Source of the DNA: Escherichia coli
GTDB taxonomy: Bacteria > Pseudomonadota > Gammaproteobacteria > Enterobacterales > Enterobacteriaceae
Length of the DNA: 64,000 bases
Direction: 5' to 3' (one strand)
Assembly: GCF_044324875.1 (NCBI RefSeq)
Contig: NZ_CP172185.1
Of this stretch, positions 1 through 9,483 are shown piece after piece. A program made the position numbers and the translations under genes. Within the stretch, counting starts at the first letter, position 1. The number at the start of each line of letters is the position of its first letter. The notes under the pieces were generated by a model. That model searched no databases, had not been told where the DNA came from, and saw nothing but the letters and a program-made list of their open reading frames with translations.

Positions 1-678
1 ACACTTAATGAGTGTACAAAATCGCAGCAATCCGCACTGGTCGTGCTCTGGGAAATCGATCTGACAGAGGTCGGTGGAGAACGTTATTTTTTCTGTAATG
101 AGCAGAACGAAAAAGGTGAGGCGGTCACCTGGCAGGAGCGGCAGTATCAGCCGTATCCCATTCAGGGGAGCGGATTTGAGATGAACGGCAAAGGAGCCAG
201 TGCCAGACCAACACTGAAAGTCTCTAATCTGCACGGTATGGTCACCGGTATGGTGGAAGATATGCAGAGTCTGGTCGGCGGAACGGTGGTCAGGCGTAAG
301 GTTTACGCCCGTTTTCTGGATGCGGTGAACTTCGTCAACGGAAACAGCGACGCCGATCCGGAGCAGGAGGTGATCAGCCGCTGGCGCATCGAGCAGTGCA
401 GCGAACTGAGCGCGGTGAGTGCCTCCTTTGTACTGGCCACGCCGACGGAAACGGACGGCGCTGTTTTTCCGGGACGTATCATGCTGGCCAACACCTGCAC
501 CTGGACCTATCGCGGCGATGAGTGCGGTTATAGCGGTCCGGCGGTCGCGGATGAATATGATCAGCCGACGTCCGATATCACGAAGGATAAATGCAGCAAA
601 TGCCTGAGCGGCTGTAAGTTTCGCAATAACGTCGGCAACTTTGGCGGTTTTCTTTCCATTCACAAACTTTCGCAGTAA
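1..678 (+). CDS. Phage minor tail protein L (lambda gpL-like), 5' end outside the window
   Basis: Frame-1 translation from base 1 (TLNECTKSQQSALVVLWEIDLTEVGGERYFFCNEQNEKGE...) is near-identical to lambda L as I recall it; stop at 676-678. Confidence 0.85.
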   Translation, partial: TLNECTKSQQSALVVLWEIDLTEVGGERYFFCNEQNEKGEAVTWQERQYQPYPIQGSGFEMNGKGASARPTLKVSNLHGMVTGMVEDMQSLVGGTVVRRKVYARFLDAVNFVNGNSDADPEQEVISRWRIEQCSELSAVSASFVLATPTETDGAVFPGRIMLANTCTWTYRGDECGYSGPAVADEYDQPTSDITKDKCSKCLSGCKFRNNVGNFGGFLSIHKLSQ

Positions 679-682
679 TTCC

Positions 683-1426
683 ATGACAGAGACAGAATCA
701 GCGATTCTGGCGCACGCCCGGCGATGTGCGCCAGCGGAGTCGTGCGGCTTCGTGGTGAGAACGCCGGAGGGGGAAAGATATTTTCCCTGCGTGAATATCT
801 CCGGTGAGCCGGAGGATTATTTCCGGATGGCTCCGGAGGACTGGCTGCGGGCAGAAATGCAGGGTGAGATTGTGGCGCTGGTCCACAGCCACCCCGGTGG
901 TCTGCCCTGGCTGAGTGAGGCCGACCGGCGGCTGCAGGTGCAGAGTGATTTGCCGTGGTGGCTGGTTTGCCGGGGGACGATTCATAAGTTCCGCTGTGTG
1001 CCGCATCTCACCGGGCGGCGTTTTGAGCACGGGGTGACGGACTGTTACACGCTGTTCCGCGATGCCTATCATCTTGCAGGTATCGATTTGCCGGATTTTT
1101 ACCGACATGATGACTGGTGGAAATCAGGTCAGAATCTCTATCTTGACAATATGGAGGCGACTGGTTTTTACCGTGTCGCACTGACAGAGGCGCAGCCCGG
1201 CGACGTGCTGCTGTGCTGTTTTGGTTCATCGGTGCCGAATCATGCCGCCATTTACTGCGGCGACGGCGGGCTGCTGCACCATATTCCTGAACAACTGAGC
1301 AAACGAGAGAGGTATACCGACAAATGGCAGCGACGCACACACTCCCTCTGGCGTCACCGGGCATGGCACGCATCTGCCTTTACGGGGATTTGCAACGATT
1401 TGGCCGCCGCATCGACCTTCGTGTGA
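683..1426 (+). CDS. Phage tail assembly protein K (NlpC/P60 plus JAB/MPN metalloprotease-like)
   Basis: MTETESAILAHARRCAPAESCGFVV...; HSHP JAMM-like motif (EIVALVHSHPGGLPWLSEADRRL); position between L and I. Confidence 0.85.
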   Translation: MTETESAILAHARRCAPAESCGFVVRTPEGERYFPCVNISGEPEDYFRMAPEDWLRAEMQGEIVALVHSHPGGLPWLSEADRRLQVQSDLPWWLVCRGTIHKFRCVPHLTGRRFEHGVTDCYTLFRDAYHLAGIDLPDFYRHDDWWKSGQNLYLDNMEATGFYRVALTEAQPGDVLLCCFGSSVPNHAAIYCGDGGLLHHIPEQLSKRERYTDKWQRRTHSLWRHRAWHASAFTGICNDLAAASTFV

Positions 1427-1971
1427 AAACGGGAGCCGAAGCCATCCGGGCGCTGGCCACGCAGCTCCCTGCGTTTCGTCAGAAACTGAGCGACGGCTGG
1501 TATCAGGTGCGTATTGCCGGGCGTGATACAGGCGAAAACGAATTATCAGCCCGTCTTAATGAACCGCTGGCAAATGGTGCCGTGATCCACATCGTGCCGC
1601 GTCTGGCGGGAGCCAAACGTGGTGGTGTGTTTCAGGCAGTGCTGGGCGCGGCGCTGATTGCGGTGGCATGGTGGAACCCTGCAGGCTGGCTGGGGGCTGC
1701 GGCTTTATCGGGCATGTATGCGGCAGGGGCCAGTATGGTGCTCGGTGGTGTGGCGCAGATGCTGGCACCGAAAGCCAGAATGCCCGGAGTATCAGCCACG
1801 GATAACGGCAAACAGAACACCTATTTCTCCTCACTGGATAACATGGTTGCCCAGGGGAATGCTCTGCCCGTTCTGTACGGTGAAATGCGCGTGGGGTCAC
1901 GGGTAATTTCGCAGGAGATCAGCACAGCGGATGAGGGGGATGGCGTCCGGGTTGTGGTGATTGGTCGCTGA
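1324..1971 (+). CDS. Phage tail assembly protein I (lambda gpI-like)
   Basis: MAATHTLPLASPGMARICLYGDLQRFGRRIDLRVKTGAEAIRALATQLPAFRQKLSDGWYQVRIAGRD... matches lambda I; overlaps the K 3' end as in lambda. Confidence 0.85.
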   Translation: MAATHTLPLASPGMARICLYGDLQRFGRRIDLRVKTGAEAIRALATQLPAFRQKLSDGWYQVRIAGRDTGENELSARLNEPLANGAVIHIVPRLAGAKRGGVFQAVLGAALIAVAWWNPAGWLGAAALSGMYAAGASMVLGGVAQMLAPKARMPGVSATDNGKQNTYFSSLDNMVAQGNALPVLYGEMRVGSRVISQEISTADEGDGVRVVVIGR

Positions 1972-3659
1972 TGAAAAACGTTTTATGTGAAACCGCCTCC
2001 GGGCGGTTTTGTCGTTTATGGAGCGTGAGGAATGGGTAAAGGCAGCAGTAAGGGGCATACCCCGCGCGAAGCGAAGGACAACCTGAAGTCCACGCAGTTG
2101 CTGAGTGTGATCGATGTCATCAGCGAAGGGCCGATACAAGGACCGGTGGATGGATTAAAAAGCGTGCTGCTGAACGGTACGCCGGTGCTGGACAGTGAGG
2201 GGAATACCAATATATCCGGCGTCACGGTGGTATTCCGGGCCGGTGAGCAGGAGCAGACGCCGCCGGAGGGATTTGAATCCTCCGGCTCCGAGACGGTGCT
2301 GGGTACGGAAGTGAAGTACGACACGCCGATTACCCGGACCATCACGTCGGCAAACATCGACCGTCTGCGCCTGACCTTCGGTGTGCAGGCACTGGTGGAA
2401 ACCACCTCAAAGGGGGACCGGAATCCGTCGGAAGTCCGCCTGCTGGTTCAGATACAGCGTAACGGTCGCTGGTTAACGGAAAAAGACATCACCATTAAGG
2501 GCAAAACCACCTCGCAGTATCTGGCCTCGGTGGTGGTGGGTAACCTGCCGCCGCGCCCGTTCAGTATCCGGATGCGCAGGATGACGCCGGACAGCACCAC
2601 AGACCAGCTGCAGAACAAAACGCTCTGGTCGTCATACACCGAAATCATCGATGTGAAACAGTGCTACCCGAACACGGCACTGGTCGGTGTGCAGGTGGAT
2701 TCGGAGCAGTTCGGCAGCCAGCAGGTGAGCCGTAATTATCATCTTCGCGGGCGCATTCTGCAGGTGCCGTCGAACTATAACCCGCAGACGCGGCAATACA
2801 GCGGTATCTGGGACGGAACGTTTAAACCGGCATACAGCAACAACCCGGCCTGGTGTCTGTGGGATATGCTGACCCATCCGCGCTACGGCATGGGGAAACG
2901 TGTTGGCGCAGCGGATGTGGATAAATGGGCGCTGTATGTCATCGGCCAGTACTGCGACCAGTCAGTGCCGGACGGCTCTGGTGGCACGGAGCCGCGCATC
3001 ACCTGTAATGCCTGGCTGACCACACAGCGTAAGGCGTGGGATGTGCTCAGTGATTTCTGCTCGGCGATGCGCTGTATGCCGGTATGGAACGGGCAGACGC
3101 TGACGTTCGTGCAGGACCGACCGTCGGATAAGGTGTGGACCTATAACCGCAGTAATGTGGTGATGCCGGATGATGGCGCGCCGTTCCGCTACAGCTTCAG
3201 CGCCCTGAAGGACCGCCATAATGCCGTTGAGGTGAACTGGAGTGACCCGGATAACGGCCAGGAGACGGCGACAGAGCTTGTGGAGGACACGCAGGCCATT
3301 GCCCGTTACGGTCGTAACGTCACGAAGATGGATGCCTTTGGCTGTACCAGCCGGGGGCAGGCACACCGCGCCGGGCTGTGGCTGATTAAAACAGAACTGC
3401 TGGAGACGCAGACCGTGGATTTCAGCGTGGGTGCTGAAGGGCTTCGCCATGTACCGGTGCAAAATGGCATCTGAATCGATCGCAGTTTGGCATTCGAATC
3501 GATCATGATTTGGCATCCATCTCCGATCACAGTTTGGCATCACAATCGATCACGATTTGGCATGCTTCCGATCATTGATTGGCATCCTGCCAGTCACTCC
3601 GGGAATTAACTCTTTTCACCACAGTCTCCATTGCCGTGTTTAAACCAGTGGAGACGTCA

Positions 3660-5225
3660 ATGTCCAGAAAGAGAAAATCCAGGAGCACTATGGAAACCTG
3701 TTTTAAGATCCTTCAGCTCAAGTTCGACAAGAAGCTGACTAACCGTTGTATCGGACTGACGTTACACATCAGCGCCTCAACCGTTTTTGAGGTTCTTGCC
3801 CGCTTCAAAGCCTCTTCTCTGTCATGGCCATTACCTGCTGATATATCCCATGACACGCTGGAGAAACTCATTTTTCCGCCCAAAGACACCTTTGCATCAG
3901 AGCTTGTAATGCCTGACATGTTGTACTTCGATACGGAAATGAGAAAACCAGGTGTGACGCGGCAACTGTTGTGGATGGAATACAAGGCACAGGCGGGTAA
4001 CAAAGCGATGGGATACTCGCACTTCTGCCGTTGCTACCGGGAGTGGAAAAAAACGCGACGTCTCTCCATGCGCCAGGAGCATCGTGCCGGCGAAAAGCTT
4101 TTTATCGACTTCTGTGGTCCTACGGTTCCTGTTATTAATCCGGACACCGGTGAGATACGCCGCGTGGCAATCTTCGTGGCCGTAATGGGGGCGTCCAACT
4201 ATACCTACGTTGAAGCGTGCGAAGGTCAGGACATGATGTCATGGTTAAATGCCCACAGCCGTTGCCTGACCTTCCTGGGCGGCGTACCGAAGCTGCTCAT
4301 CCCCGATAACCTCAGAAGCGCAGTGAAAAAGGCCGATCGATATGAGCCTGTCATCAACGACAGTTATCAGGCACTGGCTGAGCACTATGGCACGGTTATC
4401 ATCCCGGCCCGACCACGCAAACCTAAAGATAAACCAAAAGCAGAAAACGGCGTCCTCATCGTTGAACGATGGCTTCTTGCCCGCATCCGTAATGAAACCT
4501 TCCACACGCTCAGGGCGCTGAATGCGCGCCTTAGGGAGTTACTGACAGACATGAATAACCGGCCAATGAAGGGGTACGGCAATCAAACCCGTGCAGAACG
4601 CTTCCGCATACTGGATGCGCCAGCACTCTCTCCGCTGCCTCTGGCACCTTATGAATACACGGAATACAAAGCTGTGAAGGTTGGCCCTGACTACCACGTT
4701 GAATATGCCCGTCACTGGTACTCCGTTCCACACGAACTGGTCGGTCAGCGTCTGTCACTGAAGGCGGGGCAGTCGGTGGTACAGCTCTGGCACAAGGGGC
4801 AGTGTGTGGCGCAACATCCGCGCAGCACACATGAATATAAACACACAACCAATCCGCTTCACATGCCAGAGCGCCACCGGCAGCACGGGACATGGACACC
4901 GGAACGCCTGATCGAGCAGGGAAAACGTACGGGCCCGTCCACAGGCCGGGTGGTTGAATCCATGCTGAAGGCAAAACCCCATCCGGAACTGGCTTATCGT
5001 GCAGTTCTGGGGCTGCTGGCACTTCAGAAAAAATACGGCCCGGAACGGCTGGAAAAGGCCTGTTACGTTGCCCTGCACTATAACGCCCCTGACAGACGCT
5101 TTATCGACAATCTGCTGCGTCACCATCGGGAGAACCTGGAGCTTCCATTATCCCGCCAGGGCGAACAACATCCGGCATATGCTTCAGAGCATGAAAACCT
5201 GCGTGGTCCGGGCTACTACCACTGA
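3660..5225 (+). CDS. istA: IS21-family transposase IstA
   Basis: About 520 aa with N-terminal HTH region (...LSWPLPADISHDTLEKL...) and an IstA-like central/C-terminal region; start chosen at ATG 3660, upstream alternative start possible. Confidence 0.75.
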   Translation: MSRKRKSRSTMETCFKILQLKFDKKLTNRCIGLTLHISASTVFEVLARFKASSLSWPLPADISHDTLEKLIFPPKDTFASELVMPDMLYFDTEMRKPGVTRQLLWMEYKAQAGNKAMGYSHFCRCYREWKKTRRLSMRQEHRAGEKLFIDFCGPTVPVINPDTGEIRRVAIFVAVMGASNYTYVEACEGQDMMSWLNAHSRCLTFLGGVPKLLIPDNLRSAVKKADRYEPVINDSYQALAEHYGTVIIPARPRKPKDKPKAENGVLIVERWLLARIRNETFHTLRALNARLRELLTDMNNRPMKGYGNQTRAERFRILDAPALSPLPLAPYEYTEYKAVKVGPDYHVEYARHWYSVPHELVGQRLSLKAGQSVVQLWHKGQCVAQHPRSTHEYKHTTNPLHMPERHRQHGTWTPERLIEQGKRTGPSTGRVVESMLKAKPHPELAYRAVLGLLALQKKYGPERLEKACYVALHYNAPDRRFIDNLLRHHRENLELPLSRQGEQHPAYASEHENLRGPGYYH

Positions 5226-5241
5226 CAGAAGGAACAACAGT

Positions 5242-5997
5242 ATGAGTGATAACCTGTTAAACAAACTGACCCAACTGAAACTCCCGGCGATGGCCGGGAG
5301 CCTGATACGGCAGCGGGAAACGCCTCAGACCTACGACGAACTGTCGTTCGAGGAAAGGCTGACGCTGCTGGTTGATGACGAGCTTCTGAGCAGGGAAAAC
5401 AGCCGTGTGGCACGGTTGAGAAAAAATGCCGGCCTGAAATACCAGGCAACACCGGAAGGGCTGCGCTATCCGGCCTCAAGAGGTCTGCGGGCTGAACAGA
5501 TGAGAGAACTGCTGAACGGCCACTACATAACCCACAGGAAAAACCTGCTGATAACCGGTCCGACAGGATGTGGCAAGAGCTGGATAGCCAATGCGCTGGG
5601 CGAACAGGCATGTCGACAGAAACACAGCGTCCGGTACTGTAGAACCGGGCGATTACTGGAACAACTGGCTCAGGGACGTGTTGATGGCAGCTGGCTGAAA
5701 TATCTGAAACAGTTGCAAAAAATACAGGTTCTAATCCTGGACGATCTGGGGCTGGAACAGTTAAGTAACGCCCAGTGTAATGACCTTCTGGAGCTCATAG
5801 AGGATCGTTACGGACAAAGCAGCACGATAGTGGTAAGCCAGTTCCCGGTAGATAAATGGCATGGTCTGATGGAGAACCCAACAACAGCAGATGCCATCCT
5901 GGACAGACTGGTACATAACTCACACCGAGTGGTCCTTCAGGGAGAGTCACTGAGGAAAAATCCCCCGGTAGTGGAAAGCAGCGAAAAAACGCGTTAA
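5242..5997 (+). CDS. istB: IS21-family helper ATPase IstB
   Basis: 251 aa; Walker A GPTGCGKSWIANALG; Walker B LILDDLG; typical IstB size and position after istA. Confidence 0.85.
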   Translation: MSDNLLNKLTQLKLPAMAGSLIRQRETPQTYDELSFEERLTLLVDDELLSRENSRVARLRKNAGLKYQATPEGLRYPASRGLRAEQMRELLNGHYITHRKNLLITGPTGCGKSWIANALGEQACRQKHSVRYCRTGRLLEQLAQGRVDGSWLKYLKQLQKIQVLILDDLGLEQLSNAQCNDLLELIEDRYGQSSTIVVSQFPVDKWHGLMENPTTADAILDRLVHNSHRVVLQGESLRKNPPVVESSEKTR

Positions 5998-8218
5998 AAA
6001 GCGGTAGAAAAAGTTAAGTTCCCGGTTGATCGAATGGATGCGAATCGCTGATCGGACTTCGATGCCAATCCGTGATCGAATAGAGCGGAATACGCATACC
6101 GGGCGATGTCATTGAAATCTGTGATGATGACTATGCCGGTATCAGCACCGGTGGTCGTGTGCTGGCGGTGAACAGCCAGACCCGGACGCTGACGCTCGAC
6201 CGTGAAATCACGCTGCCATCCTCCGGTACCACGCTGATAAGCCTGGTTGACGGAAGTGGCAATCCGGTCAGCGTGGAGGTTCAGTCCGTCACCGACGGCG
6301 TGAAGGTAAAAGTGAGCCGGGTTCCTGACGGCGTTGCCGAGTACAGCGTGTGGGGGCTGAAGCTGCCGACGCTGCGCCAGCGCCTGTTCCGCTGCGTGAG
6401 TATCCGTGAGAACGACGACGGCACGTATGCCATCACTGCCGTGCAGCATGTACCGGAAAAAGAGGGCATCGTGGATAACGGGGCACACTTTGACGGTGAC
6501 CAGAGCGGCACGGTGAATGGTGTCACGCCGCCAGCAGTGCAGCACCTGACTGTCGAAGTCACCGCAGACAGCGGGGAGTATCAGGTACTGGCCCGCTGGG
6601 ACACGCCGAAGGTGGTGAAAGGCGTGAGTTTCATGCTTCGCCTGACCGTGGCAGCGGATGACGGCAGTGAGCGGCTGGTCAGCACGGCCCGGACGACGGA
6701 AACCACATACCGCTTCAGGCAGCTGGCGCCGGGGAACTACAGGCTGACAGTCCGGGCAGTAAATGCCCGGGGGCAGCAGGGAGACCCGGCGTCGGTATCG
6801 TTCCGGATTGCCGCACCGGCAGCGCCGTCGCGGATTGAGCTGACGCCGGGCTATTTTCAGATAACCGCCACGCCGCATCTTGCCGTTTATGATCCGACGG
6901 TGCAGTTTGAGTTCTGGTTCTCGGAAAAGCGGATTACCGATATCAGGCAGGTTGAAACCACAGCCCGTTATCTTGGTACCGGAAGTCAGTGGCTTGTCTC
7001 CGGCCAGAATATTAAACCTGGCCATGATTATTACTTTTATATCCGCAGTGTTAACACTGTCGGTAAATCGGCATTCGTGGAGGCAGTCGGTCGGGCGAGT
7101 AATGATCCTGCCGGTTACCTTAATTTTTTCAGGGGGGCGATAAATAAAACGCATCTGGGACGGGAGATCAATGAACGCATTGATGCCTCTGCACGGCGCA
7201 CTGAAGTTGAGCAACTGGAGAATGCGATTAACCGCGAAATGACGCAGCTGGAGAATGCGATTAACCGCGAAATGACGCAGCTGGAGAAAGATGTGAGGCA
7301 GCGTGCGGAGCGTGATATCGCAGAGGTGACGAAAAAAATCACGGCGTCTGAAAACAGCATAACGGAACTGGTGGCGAAAAAGAGCGGTGAACAGTCGCTG
7401 GCCATTGCGAAAGTCGACAGGAAAGTTGACAGCGTGAGCAGTGAAATCCGGCAGACAGTAAGCAGGAGCACGGAGGAGAACAGCCGACAGATAGCGCAGG
7501 TCAGGCAGTATGTTGATGATAAAAGTGCGCAAATAAGTACTGTTGTGGCGAAAAAGAGCGGTGAACAGTCAATGGCCATTGCGGAAGTTGACAGAAAAGT
7601 TGACAGGATGGGCAGCGAAATCCGGCAGACAGTAAGCAGGAGCACGGAGGAGAACAGCCGACAGATAGCGCAGATCAGACAGTATGTTGATGATAAGGGA
7701 AGTCAGATCAAACAGAGCACGGATAAAAAACTGGGATCCTGGAATGCCAGCATTGAGCAGATACAGAAAGTTCAGGAGGACACGCGCCGGAACCTGAACA
7801 GCATGTGGGCTGTGAAGCTGCAGCAGACACGGGATGGACGTCTCTATATTGCAGGTATTGGTGCCGGAATCGAAAATACGTCTGACGGAATTCAGAGTCA
7901 GATCCTGATGCAGGCAGATCGTATTGCGATGATTAACCCGGAAAATGGCAATACAACACCTTTGTTTGTGGCTCAGGGTGATCAGCTGTTCATGAATGAT
8001 GTTTTCATGAAAAAACTGACCGTGGATTTTGCCAGAGTGACGGGAGATATCCGGTCAGATAATTTTCATTCCGGTAGTCCGGGGTGGCGTTTATCAAGAA
8101 ACGGCAGCCTTGAAATTAACTCAGGAAGGCCCGGCGCAGGCCGCCTGTTTTTCAATGGCGAGCGAATCGACGTATATGACGATAACAATGTGTTAAGAGT
8201 ACGACTGGGGAGACTGTA

Positions 8219-8479
8219 ATGTTCGGAGTCCGGGTATGGCGCAAAGGGCGCCTTGTGACACATGAAATAAACCCAACAGGGGTGCTGGATGTGATCACTG
8301 AAGGGACGGGGCAGCGTTCTTATACTCCTTTGCAGGGCTGGCGTCTGGAAGTCTGTTCACCGGCCATTCTGATTAACGGTCAGGGAAGTCATACCAGTGC
8401 CAGTGTATCCGGCTGGACAGTGCACTATGCCAACACAAGCTGGCTAAGACCCGTGCTGGTCATGATAAGGGGGATCTGA
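8219..8479 (+). CDS. Hypothetical phage protein, translationally coupled to J (TAATG overlap)
   Basis: 86-aa ORF starting on the J stop codon; no motif I can recognise. Confidence 0.4.
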   Translation: MFGVRVWRKGRLVTHEINPTGVLDVITEGTGQRSYTPLQGWRLEVCSPAILINGQGSHTSASVSGWTVHYANTSWLRPVLVMIRGI

Positions 8480-9141
8480 TGTTTGCACTTAAATTAACTG
8501 ATGAGCGGGGGAGAGAATGGATATCACCTGTTGCGCCGCCACTGAACCTTGTGCGCCGTTTTCATTTCACACTGAGTGCGCGTGATGCGGTGATGCAGTT
8601 TATCGACACCGGGGTGCCGACGAATTATCGTTGCGTGATTTTTATTAAACAGATAAGCGGTAATCAGTCCTTCCATGGTGAAATGGTTCAGCTTAACGGT
8701 ACCTGGCAGTATGACATTTTCAGCGCTGGTACAGGGCAGGAGCCGGGCATGGAACAGGACAGCACATATGTTGTTTATGTTTTTGCCAACATGGTGAATG
8801 TATGGCCGCAATGGGGAATACAGTTGTGCGACAGTCATGGCAGGGTGGTCTGGAACACGGAAATGCTGCCACTGGAAGTAAAAATGACGCGAATATGGGA
8901 AAAGGATGTACCGATCAGTGTGGGACATGATGTGGCCGTAATGCCGGGGTGTACCCAGTGGACGACAGTTCAGGAAGGGGAGAGTTATTACTGGTATACC
9001 GCCAGTTTTAATGCCAGAAACTCACAGTTATGGCGTCAGTCAACTTTTGCTGAAGATAACGTAGCGGCGCCCAATGATAATTCAGGTGTTGTTAATAACC
9101 TCTGTTATTACATAAATGCAGAAATTTATGATGCGTACTGA
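8479..9141 (+). CDS. Hypothetical phage protein (tail-associated or moron), coupled by TGATG overlap
   Basis: 220-aa ORF, Trp/Tyr-rich, no recognisable catalytic motif; sits between J and the side tail fiber. Confidence 0.45.
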   Translation: MFALKLTDERGREWISPVAPPLNLVRRFHFTLSARDAVMQFIDTGVPTNYRCVIFIKQISGNQSFHGEMVQLNGTWQYDIFSAGTGQEPGMEQDSTYVVYVFANMVNVWPQWGIQLCDSHGRVVWNTEMLPLEVKMTRIWEKDVPISVGHDVAVMPGCTQWTTVQEGESYYWYTASFNARNSQLWRQSTFAEDNVAAPNDNSGVVNNLCYYINAEIYDAY

Positions 9142-9162
9142 TAGTTATGTTGAGGGCATGTA

Positions 9163-9408
9163 ATGAAAATAATCGTCTGCACTTTTTTGCTGTTTCTTGT
9201 ATCAGGTTGCGCGGGGTACCGTTCCGTTACGGAGAGAGTCCGGTGCACCGGTGTGCTGAGTCCCGGGGTTTTACAGCGAGCTTATACGGTAGATCTTACA
9301 GGGAAAATAGAAACGAAAAGCGGCACTGTGTATAAAGTATCAGCTCCGAGATTTTATGGTCAGTGGGTGAGTGAAGATATGTTTACGAAAGTTTCGTGCG
9401 TGAAGTAA
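9163..9408 (+). CDS. Small phage lipoprotein, candidate Cor-like superinfection-exclusion protein
   Basis: 81 aa; signal peptide with lipobox MKIIVCTFLLFLVSGC; lies where lom/cor-type genes sit in lambdoid phages. Function is inferred. Confidence 0.5.
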   Translation: MKIIVCTFLLFLVSGCAGYRSVTERVRCTGVLSPGVLQRAYTVDLTGKIETKSGTVYKVSAPRFYGQWVSEDMFTKVSCVK

Positions 9409-9483
9409 TCATAAAAACACCCGATTGTAAATGAATGACGACGCCCGCAATTTTGCGGGATTATTTTTATTTGTGGAGCGAGT

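Larger units (their letters stand above)
3458..6096 (+). mobile_element. IS21-family insertion sequence (istA-istB), about 2.64 kb, inserted in gene J; flanked by direct repeat TACCGG (3452-3457 and 6097-6102)
   Basis: Imperfect terminal inverted repeats both starting TGC; five iterations of a CGATCA..TTTGGCAT motif in the left end; IstA and IstB ORFs; target duplication seen directly. Confidence 0.8.
2032..8219 (+). pseudogene. Host specificity protein J (central tail fiber), split by an IS21-family insertion into an N-terminal part 2032-3457 and a C-terminal part 6099-8219
   Basis: N part MGKGSSKGHTPREAKDNLKSTQLLSVIDVISEGPIQGP...GLRHVP then stop inside the IS; C part resumes [42 protein letters not shown]... 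Joining the flanks restores RHVPGDVIEI as in lambda J. Confidence 0.85.

Noticed and set aside
5994-7532. 512-aa minus-strand ORF overlapping the IS21 right end and the J C-terminal fragment
   Set aside because: The plus strand carries strong J homology and the minus ORF crosses the IS boundary, so it is an antisense artefact of GC-rich sequence.
8219-9408. Reading the three ORFs after J as a phage defence or abortive-infection system
   Set aside because: I see no nuclease, ATPase, toxin or other catalytic motifs, and tight coupling to J suggests tail-associated function; kept only as an uncharacterised cluster.
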